Source of the DNA: Nemertoderma westbladi
Lineage: Eukaryota; Animalia; Xenacoelomorpha
Length of the DNA: 35,487 nucleotides
Reading direction: 5' to 3'
Assembly (NCBI GenBank): GCA_032718475.1
Contig: JAUCBJ010004695.1
Span: 1 to 35,487, forward strand
The notes under the pieces were generated by a model. That model was not told the DNA's origin. It made no database searches and saw only the letters and a list, made by a program, of their open reading frames with translations. Shown here in pieces: positions 1-11,109 of the stretch. Numbering within the stretch: position 1 is the stretch's first letter; each line of letters begins with the position of its first letter. Position numbers and translations under genes: made by a program.

Positions 1-787
1 AGCACACCTACTTAACCGCACCCACCCACCAACCTAAGTACGTCTAGTTAACCACACCCACCCACCCTCCCACCTAAGCACATCGACTTAACCGCACCCA
101 CCCACCCACCTAAGCACACCTACTTAACCGCACCCACCCACCCACCTAAGCACACCTACTTAACCGCACCCCCCCACCCACCTATCATTACACACCTACT
201 GTACCCCCCCCCCCCCCACCCACCTATCATTACACACCTACTGTACTTAACCATACATACCCATTCCTACATACCTACTTACACGTACCCTCCCGCCCAC
301 CTAAGCACGTCGACTTAACTGCACCCACCCACCCACCTAAGCACACCTACTTAACCGCACCCACCCACCAACCTAAGTACGTCTAGTTAACCACACCCAC
401 CCACCCTCCCACCTAAGCACATCGACTTAACCGCACCCACCCACCCACCTAAGCACACCTACTTAACCGCACCCACCCACCCACCTAAGCACACCTACTT
501 AACCGCACCCACCTACCCACCTAAGCTCGAATACTTACCCACACCCACCCACCTACATAAGCACGACTACTTAACCACACCCACCCACACACCTAAGCAC
601 GTCTACTTACCCGCACGCCCACCCACCCACCTAAACAAGTCTACTTAACCGCACCCACTCACCCACCTAAGCACGTGTACTTAACCGCACCCACCCACCT
701 AAGCACGTATACTTATCCACACCCACCCACCTACCTAAGCACACCTTGTTAACCGCACCCACCTAAGCACATCGACTTAACCACACC
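1..787. repeat. 36-bp C/A-rich tandem satellite (gcacacctacttaaccgcacccacccacccacctaa); resumes at 1429-1469 and 3341-3520
   Basis: Unit is directly visible and repeated with variants. Block ~1-150 recurs with the same diagnostic variants at ~340-490 (higher-order duplication). Confidence 0.95.
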
Positions 788-1428
788 CCTGTATGGAATC
801 CATCCAAAAAGTGCGCCGGATAGCGCGCCGACCTGCCAACCAATTTTTATGCGTGCCGCGCGCCGATGCCATTTCGAAGAAAAACACCGCGCCAACTAAA
901 TTTTTAAGCACGCCGATGCAATTTCGAAGAAACCCCGCGCCAACTAAATTTTTAAGCGCGCCACACATTGAAACAATTTTGAAGAGCGCCACGCCAATGC
1001 AAATTCAATTTTGAGGGAGTGTAACCAATCTGTCAATGTTAGTCAGTACTGCTGTACCAGTCCCTGCTGCGCTGCCCTATATCTGTATACAACAGTAGCC
1101 TAACCACTGAGCATACAACAGAAAAAGAAAGGCGAGCGAAGCGAGCCGAAATTTTTAAACAGCTAATGCTATTTTTAAGGCACTTATCCATAATTGTTAA
1201 ACCTGTAAACTAACAAATCGGCGCCGGTTTTTATTTTTGGGAGCGCCACGCGCCAAAGCTGAAAGTCGGCGCGCTTTACGATTTTCAAGCGCGCCACGCG
1301 CCAAAGTCGGCGCGCTTTACGATTTTCGAGCACGCCACGCGTGCTCGACACGCCACGCCACATTGGCGCGCCTTTATTGCAAAGTGCGCCGGATTAATCC
1401 GGCGCAAAGTGTATGGATTCCAGTCTGG
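788..1428. mobile_element. Non-autonomous TIR element (MITE, hAT-like by its 8-bp TSD) inserted in the satellite
   Basis: 8-bp direct repeat accacacc at 780-787 and 1429-1436. Imperfect TIRs: cctgtatggaatccat versus reverse-complemented ccagactggaatccat. Many subterminal gcgcc motifs at both ends. Confidence 0.8.
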
Positions 1429-3197
1429 ACCACACCCACCCACCCACCCACCTCAGCACGTCTACTTAAGTTAAGCCAGCCAGCCTATGCGCGATCATTC
1501 ACCCGCTGGATATACCCGGGAGACTGGATTCGGGGGCTTTGACCTTATTGCGGCGTAGGCCTACTGTATTATTCGATTGATCGTTAATATATAATCTCTG
1601 ACAATATTATTCACTTTCGGGAAATATTAACAGTTCCTTTAGGACGTGGCGCTCTAAATATATAAACAGAGCTATGACTTACACTAAACACAACGGGATG
1701 GCTTATGATTCACGTATAAGGTGCATTATTTAGGAGATGCTTTGTTATCTGTCCCAATCATGCACACTACCGGTACCGCACAATACTGCACACTGATCTG
1801 CCGACCTTTACTAATTTTAGTCACATATAAAGAGAATAGCAATTGACCCATGTAGTGCCTATGAAATAGCATTAGATTCACTCAAAAACCAATATCATAT
1901 AAGTCGCAATTGCTATATGTAACCGGTCTCTTACCTTCAGTATATCAAGAAGATGGGGTTTTATAATTATTTATCGATATTATCCAAATATAACGATATT
2001 CCATCAACAGATACAATTAATAACCGACAGTAAATAGCAGTAAAATAATGCGGTGTGTATATAATGCAGTTGACAGGCAGGATAACAGTTATACGTTCCA
2101 GTAATCAAAGCCGTTCTAATGTTTTGGCTAAAGTCTGAAACAGAATAATTCCATAGCCGATGTTCATGGCATCAGGAAAACCAACACACTGAAACCTGTG
2201 GGCTGTTGTAGGCAGCTTTCAACACAAAGAGAAATAGCTCTCATTGGCAGAACTCCAGATTCTATAGTTTCCACGAACGTCTAAATGCCAAACCTCCCTA
2301 GCCTTTGCAGCCCATAGCCAACACAAGGCTAAATCGCTCTGATTGGTCGATCATTGTTCTGATTGGTTAATCGAACAGAACAAAGAGGCCATACGTACAG
2401 CAAATCGGCCAATCAGCCAGCAGAATGCATCACTCGAGCAAGGCAGTTTTAGAGTATTTGAGCGCATTGAGGGAAAACTGGATTGCGGAGAAAAAGGACC
2501 AGTTACATCCCGCAAAAGCTTTTACACGTACAGTAATACTGTAATATTCAGATAGTAGGTCAACCGACTGTTTTTAAATACAGTAGTACAGATGTGATTA
2601 AACTGCGAGCGAAGCGAGCAAGAAAATTTTAACATTTTTTGGTTAACCGACTATTTTTTACCTACAGATGTGATTATGAATTAAATCGGAGTGTAGCGAG
2701 CACGGAAAATCTGCTGAATCTTGGTTTTAGGCTATATTGGCTGATTGGTGTGAACAATTGAAAAACCTTTCAAACAACTCATATTTTGAAAGACATTAAA
2801 ACTTTGGCCTGATTGGCCATGATGATTTAACGTGGATTGGATACGGTACCTTCAATGCTCAATCTGTCGGTTTGCCCATAATGTGGAGTGCAGAACAGTT
2901 CAAGGCACCGAACTACTTCTATAGGCAGATAGGTTAATAAACAAATAGGCCTACTGTAATAAAATATCACTAATCAAATATCCCTATTATAGTTATTAGA
3001 ATGATGAATAAGAGTAGAGCGTACAGTAGGCAGGCATAAAACACAAACGCGAGCGAAGCGAGCGTAAATTTTTAAGGCCTATAGTAGGCCTAACTCTTTT
3101 AGGCTCTACCGGCAGACCGGTATAATTTCAAGTAGAGTGGCTGGATATGTTGCCATGCCAGTGCATTTTGCTACTGTACATGACATCCATTTCCGCT

Positions 3198-3340
3198 CCA
3201 GGATCCTCAATGCGCGCCACACGCCCCTGTTCCTTCGCGCCAGGATCCTAAATGCGCGCCACACGCCCCTGTTCCTTCGCGCCAGGATCCTAAATGCGCG
3301 CCACACATGTTGAGCAAACTCTAGATAAATTCCAACCTGG
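3198..3340. mobile_element. Right end of a related TIR element with about 2.6 copies of a 42-bp subterminal repeat
   Basis: ccaggatcct recurs at 3198, 3240 and 3282. The end aattccaacctgg (3328-3340) resembles the MITE end gattccagtctgg. The satellite resumes at 3341. Confidence 0.6.
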
Positions 3341-4344
3341 TACTTAACCACACCCACCCACCCACACACCTAAGCATGTCTACTTACCCGCACCCACCCA
3401 CGCACCTAAGCAGGTCTACTTAACCGCTAACACCCACCCACTCACCTAAGCACATCGACTTAACCACACCCACCCACCCACCTAAGCACGTATACTTACC
3501 CGCACCCATCCACCTACCTACAGTCAGATCAGATCAGATAAGGACATACGTTTTAGCCATCCTATTTCAATATTCGGTATTCTGGTAGCCTACCGGTACC
3601 GGTATTCAGCAGTTCGGTACCGAATTTGCCGAATTTTTTTTTAAATTCGGTTCCGGTTCGGCAAAATTTTAAATTCGGTCTATCCATAGCCGAGGCTACG
3701 GTTCTACTACACTACTACCGGTCCGGTACAGGTAGGCCTATAATTTCATTTAGAGTGGAAGGAATATGTTTCAACTTTCAGACTTTCAAGTGCTGAAGTG
3801 CTTTGCTACAACCTGACAATGCTACATCCATTCGCACCAGGCTGCCAGGCAGCCAGGCTCAGTTCGCGCCACACACACGCACAGCCTGGACCTGCTGACT
3901 TGCCTGCCTGCCAGGCCTGTTGCTGCGAGGAGCTAGGCCTACTGTAGGCCTAATTCCTGAATACGGTCTGAGACTGACAGTGACAGCCAGACTGTACTGC
4001 CCAGTTCAGCAGTTAGGGCAGTGCTAAAATGCACAAAGACCCACACCTGCACACGGACCCAAAAAATGACCATAACACTATGAAGCAATGAGGCACCAAC
4101 CCACTCCGACTCAGAAGATGTTGCACAGTGATAAATTAATGCTATCAAAGTTAATTCTGCAACAAATTATGCAAATATAAGGAAAGCACTGAGCCACAAA
4201 GAGCCAAAACCTCATTTTTTGGATAAATTTTGATCAGCTGATTGATTCTAACTAACTTTTCCATGGTGATTTCTTATTGGTTACTTTGTATACCATCTAC
4301 CCTGCCCTATTCACCTACTAATGTTAAGGATGGTAATAATATGC

Positions 4345-5023
4345 TTGCACACCGACCCAAATGATGTCATATACTTTGCACACGGACCCAAAAGATGTCA
4401 GATACTTTGCACACGGACAGACGGACCCAAATCTTGGCAGATACTTTGCACACGGACCTAAATGTTGGCAGATACTTTGCAGACGGACCCAAAGGATGTC
4501 ATATCCTTTGCACACGGACCCAAAGGATGTCAGATTCTTTGAACACGGACCCAAAGGATGTCAGATACTTTGAACACGGACCCAAATGTTGGCAGAAACT
4601 TTGCACACGGACCCAAACGATGTCAGATACTTTGCACACGGACCCAAAGGGTGTCATATACTTTGCACACGGGCCCAAAGGATGTCAGATACTTTGCAAA
4701 CGGACCCAAAGGATGTCATATACTTTGCACACGGACCCAAAGATGTCAGATACTTTGCACACGGACCCAAATGTTGGCAGATACTTTGCACACGGACCCG
4801 AATGTTGGCAGATACTTTGCACACGGACCCAAAAGATGTCAGATACTTTGCACTCGGACCCAAAGGATGTCAGATACTTTCCACACGGACCCAAAGGATA
4901 TCATATACTTTGCACACGGACCCAAAGGATGTCATATACTTTGCACAGGGCCCAAAAGATGTCAGATACTTTGCACACGGACCCAAAAGATGTCAGATAC
5001 TTTGCACACGGATCCAAATGTTG
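4345..5023 (+). repeat. Left-arm 27-28-bp tandem array (cacacggacccaaaggatgtcagatactttg-type), about 24 units
   Basis: Directly visible; ends abruptly at the BEL/Pao fragment. Confidence 0.95.
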
Positions 5024-5024
5024 G

Positions 5025-5450
5025 AAAAACGAAGACCTCCGGACGTTGATGAAGCGGCAACATCCATTTGTTGATCTAGTGGTGGTGGACTCCCATAAAG
5101 GAAATGACTAGGTGTAAGAGCATCACAATCCTCAGGATCTGTTGAGGCAGCAGTAAGAGGGTGTAGGTTAAATACGGCTTCTGCTTCACACAATATAGTG
5201 GATAAATCCTCAAAAGTGAATACTTTATGGTGAAATGTTATACGAAGACACATTTTGACCAACTTTATTAGTCGTTCCCACCAACCACCCCAATGAGGAG
5301 AACGGGCTGGAATTAGTTTCCAAATGACAACATAATTGGGGAACTTCATAGTTGACAGTTTAAGGAAAACTTTGGCATTATCAGATCGAAATTCGACATT
5401 AGTGAAAGGACGAACACGACGGGACAAGAAGTTTCAAAGAGCAAGGTAAT
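5025..5450 (-). pseudogene. BEL/Pao LTR-retrotransposon integrase fragment
   Basis: SDNAKVF, WKLIPARSPHWGGWWERLIKLVK, EAEAVFNLHPL and ALTPSHFL are characteristic of the Pao/BEL integrase core. Truncated at both ends. Confidence 0.88.
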
Positions 5451-5801
5451 TTGACTTGGTATCAGCAGTCTTCACAAGTTCCAAATAAATACCTCCGGAA
5501 TTTCAATGCCAGACTGACTACGGAAGAAATAAGGGCATTACATGGCCAAGGGTCATATGCACTCAGCCCTGCGTATAAACACTTCGAAGTACCAACAAAT
5601 GTATGGTATTCATGGAGTTATGAACGACGAATGGATCATGTTGAAGCATTTTACAAGTACAATCCATCGATTACTTCAACATTTAACAAGCCAACCAGCG
5701 CTGGTAGAAAGACTACACCGAGGAAACAACAAGCGAAAGAACTTCCCGATATGATTATATCTTCAGCTTCAATGTCTTCGCACTATCCAACCTCATATAC
5801 A
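5451..5801 (+). pseudogene. Piece 1 of the interrupted ORF of the foldback element (probable C-terminal part of its transposase)
   Basis: EEIRALHGQGSYALSPAYKHFEVPTNVWYSWSYERRMDHVEAF is protein-like. It joins in frame to 11110 through a shared ACA (Thr) codon at 5799-5801 and 11107-11109. Confidence 0.65.
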
Positions 5802-7704
5802 CGTTCATGGGGCCTTCGCGCAGGACGAGGCTCAGTTATGAGATACAAATTAAAACTGAGCGACTGTATCACAAAATCAGTATTTGAGAAATTTAACCAT
5901 ATACCGACAATCAATCAAAGAAAGGGGGACAGTACATGTTCAGCCCTTTTAAATCTGCACCCCCCCCCCCCCCCCCCCCCCCCGCCCCCTCTTCCTACCA
6001 ACCAATACATAACTAAATGAAGAGACAGTAACAAATACACGAATCCTGCAATATCATACTATAAAGTTTGTGAATCAAATCGTAAATCCGACCTTCTCAC
6101 CAAAACAGTAAACTCCAAGTAGGCGAATATATTGCAGTATCGGTCTCTTATAACCGGTGAGGCAGAAAACAGTCTACGAACGGACAAACTTCGATAAAAC
6201 AAAATCCCGCGCAGCGAATCCTAAAATCAGGCTGACTCACTGACGGACTAAGGGGCTCGTATACTTTGCCGCGGTGTGATTTATATGGTTGGGCGAAAAG
6301 GACGCTAGCTAGGTGCAGAGATCTGGAGATGTCTAACTAGCGGGCAAAGTGCAGTACGGACAAAAGTTAATTTTATATATTTTGAGGTGTAAATAATTTC
6401 TAACGCGCGTGTGTTAATTCTGAACCGTCAAGATCAGTTTTGCTCCTTCATATATATAATTACTGGGTACGGTGTGCATTTTACGAATATTCTAATTTTG
6501 TAACTTGTAGGTCCAATACTCACGAATGATAAGGCTCCTTCCCCTCTTGCATATTTCCAGGACTCAAATTCAGTCATAAGATTAATGCTATGCCCAGAAT
6601 TCGGCAATTTTAATTTACCAGGTCCCTAATACTAAGAAGAAATATGTTAGTTTACTACAGTAGGCGTACGGTTACTAATAGCTAGCCTGGCGTCCTATCT
6701 AGAATTTTGGTTACCTAGGTGGGCTTGGTAACTTCCTATCAGGATGTCGGCGGGGACACGGTAGATGTTAGTATCCCTAAATAGCCTCAATTTATTTGCG
6801 CCTAGTCGTAAACTGCCCTACCGCCTGAACGGTACAATCCTAATTCAGGTGAAACACAGTAACCCTCCTGGCCTACAAGTTCTAATGCAATGGACACCGT
6901 TGTACTACAAATAGTCACAGACGCACCTGTACTTAGCAAGAGTTAGGCATACAGTTTGCTGCACCCTACCAATGTGTATGCTTTGTACCGGTGTGCCTAC
7001 GTCCTATCTGCGTACTAGTATCTCTGCCTGCTCTCCCCCCCCGTAGGAATATAAGGTCTACTGCGGTTTTTTCCTGAATTAAAACAGTACAGTCCCTAGA
7101 TGTAATTTTAGGCGTACAGCGTGTCAGTACCTCTACCTTCGATCTTTGGTCTTATACTTAGGTAGCAAGGCATCGAACGCTGTCTAACCTTTCAGGCGAT
7201 GGGCGAATAACTAAGAGTGATATTGCGGGTTGTCTCCTGTCTACATTCCTTAGATGTTCCCGTTCATTGCTGTGGCCCGATGTTTAGCCAGCCATCCTGT
7301 CCCTCAGTTGAGTTCACCGTGGTGAAGCATAGTAGAACAGATAGAAAAAGGGCAGATTAGCGATAATTCTGACTTTATTACAGAAGATATACATAAACGT
7401 AACAAGAAACTAATAGATAACTAATAAAGATAATTGTGATTGAAGTGTGTGAAGGTAACTAATGAACGAAATCGCACCTTTTATACCAAATTTGTGCCGC
7501 AATCAATCGAGAAAATTCTCGATTGTTCTATGAGTTCTAACAGGTTTTTAAAGATAGCTATTGGTCCAACGAATATATAACTTGTACGACATTGGTTACA
7601 ATCTAATAACTACAATCTCATTGGTTAATCTTACTTCGAGCAAATGCAATTAATTTGTAGCGGTCAATTTAAATGAGTTGAAATTCTGCACAAAATAATA
7701 ATTC

Positions 7705-7777
7705 GCACCTACTAGGATTCGAACTCAATACACACTACATATAATTGCCAACGCTCTACCGACTGAGCTACTGAACC
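7705..7777 (-). pseudogene. tRNA-derived sequence (pseudo-tRNA or SINE-like head)
   Basis: Minus strand has an A-box/D-arm TAGCTCAGTCGGTAGAGC and a B-box GAGTTCGAATCC at tRNA spacing over 73 nt. Acceptor and anticodon stems do not pair. Confidence 0.7.
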
Positions 7778-9076
7778 ACTTGACTAATCATCGTACAAAT
7801 AGATATAGCAAATACAAATGAGGACTTAATGTAATCTTTTAACAAAGTTAATTCGAATAAAATAAAATTTTGAAAATCCACGGCATTTAGAGAATATAAT
7901 TCTATAATAACCGCGACATCTACCACCAAGGGTAGCACAAACCTATTTCCAATCACACGTTCAATATGCAAAGCCATCTGGTTTATAGGAAATAATCGAG
8001 AATTCGAGAAAATCGAGAATACGAGAACTTGATCGAAATACCTGCTCATCCCAGTATCCGTCCGTAAGTCACTGGACAGCTGCGGTTTATTCCCGTAGAA
8101 CAGTAGAATTCCCGCAGCTTCCGACCCAATTCGACAACGAATTCGCCTCACACTTTCGCGTGGCAGAGAACGTAATCCGGTACGATACACGTCTGCCCGA
8201 CTTTCAACAATTTCCCCCAGGCGATCCCAGGATCCGGCTGTCCGGGCCGCCGCTAAACCCAAATCGCAATCCTCGTCGATTCGTCCAGTCGTCGACGTAA
8301 GTCGGACTTTTCCCACCACACTCCAAGGTGGGCGGCCTGAGTGAGGCATGAGGAACTTGGCAGTGGCCCACATTACGATCCGACCGACCGCCGTATTCCC
8401 AGTGTAGTAAATATAATCTTACTAACAAGCAAGCAATTCCGTAGTATTTATTCCTCAGTTAATCGCACCTTGATGCCACTCGGCTGCCCGGGTCCAGATA
8501 CATCGGACTGTCGGAAGCTGTTTAGATGAAGAAGTTGATCAGATGGCCTTGCCAACGACCTGAAGACGGTACCGGTAACTCTGTACCACTGTAACAGTTA
8601 ACAGTACCGGTACCGTACTGTAATCGCAATAATTTTTATTGTCCGTTTAAATCCTTTTTTTGTCCTTTTTTTTTATTTTTTATGTCCTCCAAAAGTCTAA
8701 TGTTAGGTTCCATGCTACCGGTTTCTCTACTGCTGTTCTCTCAGGCTATCAGTACCGGTATTAGTTGTTAGTATATATAGCACTATTTTGCTGTATTGTA
8801 TGTACAGATGTAGGTATAAAGCAGGTATTTATGTATTTTAGTACCGGTACTGGCACCGGTACTGCTATAGGCCTACTGTGTAGCCTACCATTTAAATACG
8901 GTAATGGTAGGCCTACCGGTTGTGCTAATAAATTTTAAATAATTGATGATAGGCCAAACTGGATTGCAGGATTGTGGAAAATGTGGATATACCTTTCACA
9001 TAATTTAGGCCTATTACTGTATTAGTTTTATAATCAATAATGGATCATGACTACTGTCTGAGTAGTGTTACGGATA

Positions 9077-9990
9077 ACCTGCTCCTTTCCCTGATTTGGT
9101 AAAGTGACTGTTCATTGTTTTGGTTAGAAAATCCGGCCTTAACCTGCTCCTTTCCCTCAATTAGTTAAGTGATCGTTTATTGTTTTGGTTAGAAAATCCC
9201 GCCTCTGTAACCTGCTCCTTTCCCTCAATTGGTAATGTTATCGTTTATTGTTTTGGTTAGAAAATACCGCCTCTGTAACCTGCTCCTTTCTCTCAATTGG
9301 TAATGTTATCGTTTATTGTTTTGGTTAGAAAATCCCGTCTCTGTAACCTGCTCCTTTCCCTCAATTAGTTAAATGATCGTTTATTGTTTTGGTTAGAAAA
9401 TCCCGCCTCTGTAACCTGCCCCTTTCCCTCAATTAGTTAAATGATCGTTTATTGTTTTGGTTAGAAAATCCCGCCTCTGTAACCTGCTCCTTTCCCTGAA
9501 TTGGTAAAGTGGCCGTTTATTGTTTTGGTTAGAAAGGCCCGCCTCTGTAACCTGCCGCTTTCCCTCAATTAGTTAAATGATCGTTTATTGTTTTGGTTAG
9601 AAAATCCCGCCTCTGTAACCTGCTCCTTTCCCTCAAATAGTTAAGTGATCGTTTATTGTTTTGGTTAGAAAATTCCGCCTCTGTAACCTGTCCCTTTCCC
9701 TCAATTAGTTAAATGATCGTTTATTGTTTTGGTTAGAAAATCCCGCCTCTGTAACCTGCTCCTTTCCCTCAATAAGTTAAGTGATCGTTTATTGTTTTGG
9801 TTAGAAAATCCCGCCTCTGTAACCTGCTCCTTTCCCTCAATTAGTTAAGTGATCGTTTATTGTTTTGGTTAGAAAATCCCGTCTCTGTAACCTGTTCCTT
9901 TCCCTGATTTGGTAAAGTGACTGTTTATTGTTTTGGTTAGAAAACTCAGCCTTAACCTGCTCCTTTCCATCAATTGGTAATTGTTTTTGG
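9077..9990. repeat. 68-bp minisatellite, about 13 copies
   Basis: aacctg recurs at 9481, 9549 and 9617 (period 68). A lone partial unit is also present at ~16208-16256. Confidence 0.95.
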
Positions 9991-10889
9991 CTATAAAATG
10001 AGTGTTTTGCTACGTCATGTGGTAATTGATTATCGACAACAACCACAAACTATTAAATATAGTCTTTTTACCACAGGCGCATATGGAAATCTATCTCATA
10101 GTCTATAAATCATGGAATCATGGAATGTTTTGGCACAGGCATAGTGAAATCAACTTTCTGACAGTCCAGAAATCAGCAGTCTGACAGTTTGAAGAAATAC
10201 ATACATAAAAAGTCATTAAAAGGACAATAAAAGTCATTAAAAGGACAACAAAAGTCATTATGCATAATTCGTAAAAAAAAGGACAAAAAAAGTCAAATAA
10301 AAGGACATAAAAAATCACTGCATACTCGGCTGCATACTATCGGTAATATGTATAAAGGTATAATATAGTTGATATAGCACAGTTGAATGGATGACACGGT
10401 TACCGGTAGATAAGTATTACATAAAGTGGCGGTAGCGGACGGTGATAGAAGTTCCCGTTCCGCCCTAACTGCACTGACTAGCTAAAGTGAGCAAATAACA
10501 CGGTTACTGGTAATATATTGCACTGGTTGGCCGCATTACATTACTCAGCCGATGCCTTCCCCCCATTGGCTAATAACTCACTTCTCACCCTCCCATCTCC
10601 CTGGGAGTGCTTCCCCCCCGCTGCTGTCTCTCTCTCCCTCCCGGAGGTGTAACCTCTGACCCCCGCTGTGTGTGTTCCCTTGGGGCCTGTTGTCCCCGCT
10701 TATTGGGGTGACACGAGGTTGATTGGTAATCAACCTCGTGCTCCCAATATTGCTTAAAACCAACTTTGTGTGGGCCTGGTTAGCGGAATTGAATACGCTA
10801 ACACCTAGCAACCAGCTGATGCCACGCCTAATAATTTTTGGGTAGATTAATTTATTATAACTTTTAGACAGTTACACAGATGCTGCACG

Positions 10890-11109
10890 AAGACCCCACG
10901 CAAATTTAACTTGGAAAATTTATAAACTTTGGCCACACTACAAGTGTACCAAGTTTGGTTAAATTTCATTAACATTTGGCTGAGTTATTAACGTTTAAAA
11001 TTGGACACGACAGAACGACAGAACAACAGATCGACAGAACAACAGACACACCGATTGAGTTAGTGGTACCTGTATGCTAAGCTCGCTTACTTTCGTCGCT
11101 CGCCCCACA
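10890..11109 (+). mobile_element. End of a Helentron-associated (HINE/DINE-1-like) non-autonomous repeat
   Basis: Conserved core (gtgtaccaagtttggttaa), GACA-type microsatellite and terminal gctcgcttactttcgtcgctcgccccaca. A homologous copy lies at ~19325-19512. The family assignment is inferred from architecture. Confidence 0.55.

Noticed and set aside
1-787. Telomeric array
   Set aside because: TTAGG occurs once per 36-bp unit, not as a tandem telomere repeat.
4345-5023. CRISPR-like appearance of the 27-28-bp arrays (also 12837-13919)
   Set aside because: There are no unique spacers: the variable slot cycles among about four short variants. There are no cas genes and the context is eukaryotic.
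5802-6020. C-terminal part and poly-proline of ORF 5451-6020
   Set aside because: Read-through into the inserted block; the prolines come from a poly-C tract.
7705-7777. Functional tRNA gene
   Set aside because: Acceptor and anticodon stems do not pair; kept only as tRNA-derived.
7768-8373. 201-aa minus-strand ORF
   Set aside because: Non-ATG start and no recognisable motif; cannot be supported as coding.
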